Positions 61,696 through 64,000 of a stretch of 64,000 bases of DNA are shown here, in pieces (position 1 is the stretch's first letter; each line of letters opens with the position of its first letter). The stretch comes from Promethearchaeota archaeon (GTDB lineage: Archaea; Asgardarchaeota; Lokiarchaeia; Sigyniarchaeales; SOKP01): assembly GCA_019058245.1 (NCBI GenBank), contig JAHPZJ010000028.1, positions 160,403-224,402 of the forward strand, written 5' to 3'. Made by a program: the position numbers and the translations under genes. A model generated the notes under the pieces. The model saw only the letters and a program-made list of their open reading frames with translations. It did no database searches and was not told where the DNA came from.

Positions 61696-61913
61696 AATTG
61701 TTCCCTTCCTCTACGATTATTAAAATAATAGAATTATAAAATTAATAAAATTAATCAATTCATCTCTTTAAAAATATTCTAAAATTGAATCTGGTATTTC
61801 ATATTATTAAAGCTAAAATTCTCTTAAAACTACCAAAGGAGAGGAATTAGAATAAAACAATCTAAACTTTATTTATCTTAATGAAAATAAATAAAAATCA
61901 TAATAAGTAAAAT

Positions 61914-62300
61914 ATGAGTATGGATGAAATAAAAAATATAATTGATGAATTGGGAATTGCTTCACTAGAAAATAACATCAAAATTGCTGGAGTCGCAATA
62001 GTGACTGATTCTGGGGATCTAATTTTTCAAACAAGTAATTGGGATATAACAAATCAAACAAAGATTATTTTGGATGTCATTAGAGGCGCTTCTTCATTTA
62101 TTTTAAGCGATTTAAATTATACAGTTACTCGAAGTGCTACTGAAGGATTTATTGGAACCAACGATAGTGGGATGGGATATATATTATTTGCTCCATTTCA
62201 AGGGGGTGTGTGCGTAGCTTATGCGCTGCCTCAAGCAGATACTCCTAAAGCATTATCATTTCTTAAAAGTTATGCGATAAAATTGAATGGGAAGGTATAA
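61914..62300 (+). CDS. Asgard (Loki-type) profilin
   Basis: I..IIDEL....I.GVAIV..SGDLI.QT.NWDI...Y......IGTN..G.G....P...G..VAY matches the remembered Loki profilin pattern; 128 aa. Confidence 0.8.
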   Translation: MSMDEIKNIIDELGIASLENNIKIAGVAIVTDSGDLIFQTSNWDITNQTKIILDVIRGASSFILSDLNYTVTRSATEGFIGTNDSGMGYILFAPFQGGVCVAYALPQADTPKALSFLKSYAIKLNGKV

Positions 62301-62319
62301 GTGTTGAATAAAGAAATGT

Positions 62320-62871
62320 TTAAAATACTTGCTTTAATGCTTGATCAAGAAAAATTAAGGTTTGTTTTATGGAACTGGTTGTAGAAAGCTTGATTGAAGC
62401 AATATTTGTTAACTCTTTTTCACCTAAAACAAAATTTCTCTCATCAATTTGTCTAAAATCATCCAAAGTTAAAGGGATCCATCTTTTATTACGATTTTTA
62501 GCTCGTTCAAAGCGTATATTAATAGGACACTGTAAAAATACGAGGATTAATTGCGGTAAGACCTGTTTAAAAGCAAAATAACCCTCTGGAGAACGAATAC
62601 CTGAAATACAGATTGAGCGCTCAGTTCTAAGTTGTTTAGAGTATTTCTTTACAATAAATCGCTCAAGCCATCCCGATCTCTCGGATTGTTGGAAATATTC
62701 AAAGGTAGAAATGTCTGGATTGTCAATTCCTTTAAATAGGAAAAAATTCGAAAGTTCAGCACTCATCTCAATAACAAAATAATTAGCTTCTCGATATTTA
62801 TTTGCGATTGTGGTTTTACCACTACATGAATGACCCGATAATGCTAATTGAAATCCATGAGTCAATTCCAT
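62320..62871 (-). CDS. P-loop nucleotide kinase-like protein (UPF0200/dephospho-CoA-kinase-like fold)
   Basis: GHSCSGKTT Walker A, ISGIRS, C...IRFER...R, F..IDER. Confidence 0.7.
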   Translation of the reverse strand: MELTHGFQLALSGHSCSGKTTIANKYREANYFVIEMSAELSNFFLFKGIDNPDISTFEYFQQSERSGWLERFIVKKYSKQLRTERSICISGIRSPEGYFAFKQVLPQLILVFLQCPINIRFERAKNRNKRWIPLTLDDFRQIDERNFVLGEKELTNIASIKLSTTSSIKQTLIFLDQALKQVF

Positions 62872-63227
62872 GATGAATTTTTACCTAAATTTCAATTATA
62901 ATTTAGAAATATATTGAAATATTTTGAAAAATCAAATTATTGAATTCTTTATTAATATTGAAGAAAATTTTATATATGTGAGGTTTTTCATAATTTCATA
63001 TACTATAATTGTTTTTTAACTTATAATTGTAGGTAAAATCCAAAAAATTGAAGAGTTAATTTATATCTTTTCTAAATATTTTCATTATAAAGACTAATAT
63101 TGTTAACTTGTCCGTTTTTTTTTAAATTTTCCCAAAGATTTAAATGATAATGAAAAATAATTATCTACTAAAAATAATATATATATTTATTTGAAAGTCC
63201 ATTCTATTTGAATAATTAGGAATTAAA

Positions 63228-64000
63228 ATGTCTAATAGAGAAAATTTAGTTCAAAAAATAAATATCAAGAGTTTAATAAAAGATTTAATAAAATCTATAA
63301 AAAAAAAAGATTCTCAGCAAAAAGAGATGATGACAGAGAAGCTTATAAGCATTGGGAAACCTGCAGTAGAACCTCTTATCAAAATCTTAAACAATAAATA
63401 TAGGGAGATTTGTAATGAAATAACATATATACTTGGAAAGATTGGAGATTCGAGAGCAGTTGAACCTCTTATTCAAAATTTATATAATAATCGATCAGCA
63501 AGTAATGCGATTTTTGCTTTAGGAGAGATTGGAGATAAAAAGGCAGTAGAACCACTAATCCACACTTTAAATAAAGGAGGTAACATAGAATACAATGTAA
63601 GAATAGCCTTAGCACTTGGAAAGATTAGAGATCCGAGAGCAGTCAAACCTCTTGTCAATGCTTTATTTACTACGAACCAGATGTTAAGAAAAAGAGCTTT
63701 TGGGGCTTTAGAAGAAATAGGTGATCCAAGGGCAGTAAATCTACTAATTCAAGCTTTAAAGGATGAAAATAGAAATATTTTGGGTAGTAGAGCAAACAAT
63801 TATGAATTACTTCAAAGACATAGAAATAAATTCCTTTATGAAATCAGAGAACAAATCATTGAGGATATTGTAAATATTAAGTGTGACAATAAAGTTGAAG
63901 CTCTTATCCAAGCTTTAAAACATGAAAATTCTGGAGTTCGTAGAGGTTCAACAATAGCACTTGGGAAAATAGGAGACACAAGGGCAATCGAACCACTCAT
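63228..64000 (+). CDS. PBS-lyase HEAT-repeat protein, truncated at window end; absent from ORF track
   Basis: Open frame from ATG 63228 with repeated LG.IGD.RAVEPLI..L units. Confidence 0.9.
   Translation, partial: MSNRENLVQKINIKSLIKDLIKSIKKKDSQQKEMMTEKLISIGKPAVEPLIKILNNKYREICNEITYILGKIGDSRAVEPLIQNLYNNRSASNAIFALGEIGDKKAVEPLIHTLNKGGNIEYNVRIALALGKIRDPRAVKPLVNALFTTNQMLRKRAFGALEEIGDPRAVNLLIQALKDENRNILGSRANNYELLQRHRNKFLYEIREQIIEDIVNIKCDNKVEALIQALKHENSGVRRGSTIALGKIGDTRAIEPL

Noticed and set aside
2810-63658. Many short antisense or overlapping ORFs in the track (e.g. 2810, 7913, 8237, 17461, 34526, 39345, 51155, 60002, 63473)
   Set aside because: They are shadows of longer, motif-bearing genes on the opposite strand or in another frame and have no motifs of their own

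Overview
AT-rich archaeal chromosomal segment, most likely Asgard archaea (Lokiarchaeia/Promethearchaeota). The assignment rests on a Loki-type profilin, Loki-CTERM-like tails and archaeal-style purS-purQ-purL. Contents in order: a stress region (end of a P-type H+-ATPase, USP, site-2 protease-CBS, TreT and a fused TPS-TPP); amylase, glmS and glmM; an alkyl-DHAP-synthase-like oxidoreductase / CCG Fe-S protein / FGGY kinase operon; an accessory block (ASCH, GNAT-GNAT-ASCH fusion, ASCH, 2-TM unknown, MazG-like), which is the best candidate for an undescribed system; purine genes; an RGG-repeat membrane protein; two sensor-less MCPs; PadR-Hsp20; two paralogous divergent ABC exporters; an orphan m6A DNA methyltransferase; a methyltransferase flanked by a 91-bp direct repeat next to a nadE broken by one stop codon; a protein with a possible ESCRT-I steadiness-box-like end; profilin; and a HEAT-repeat gene running off the end. 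At least three genes appear to start at ATA/ATC codons and were missed or truncated by the ORF track. No rRNA, tRNA, CRISPR array or transposase was seen. All family calls are by-eye motif recognition, not database searches.
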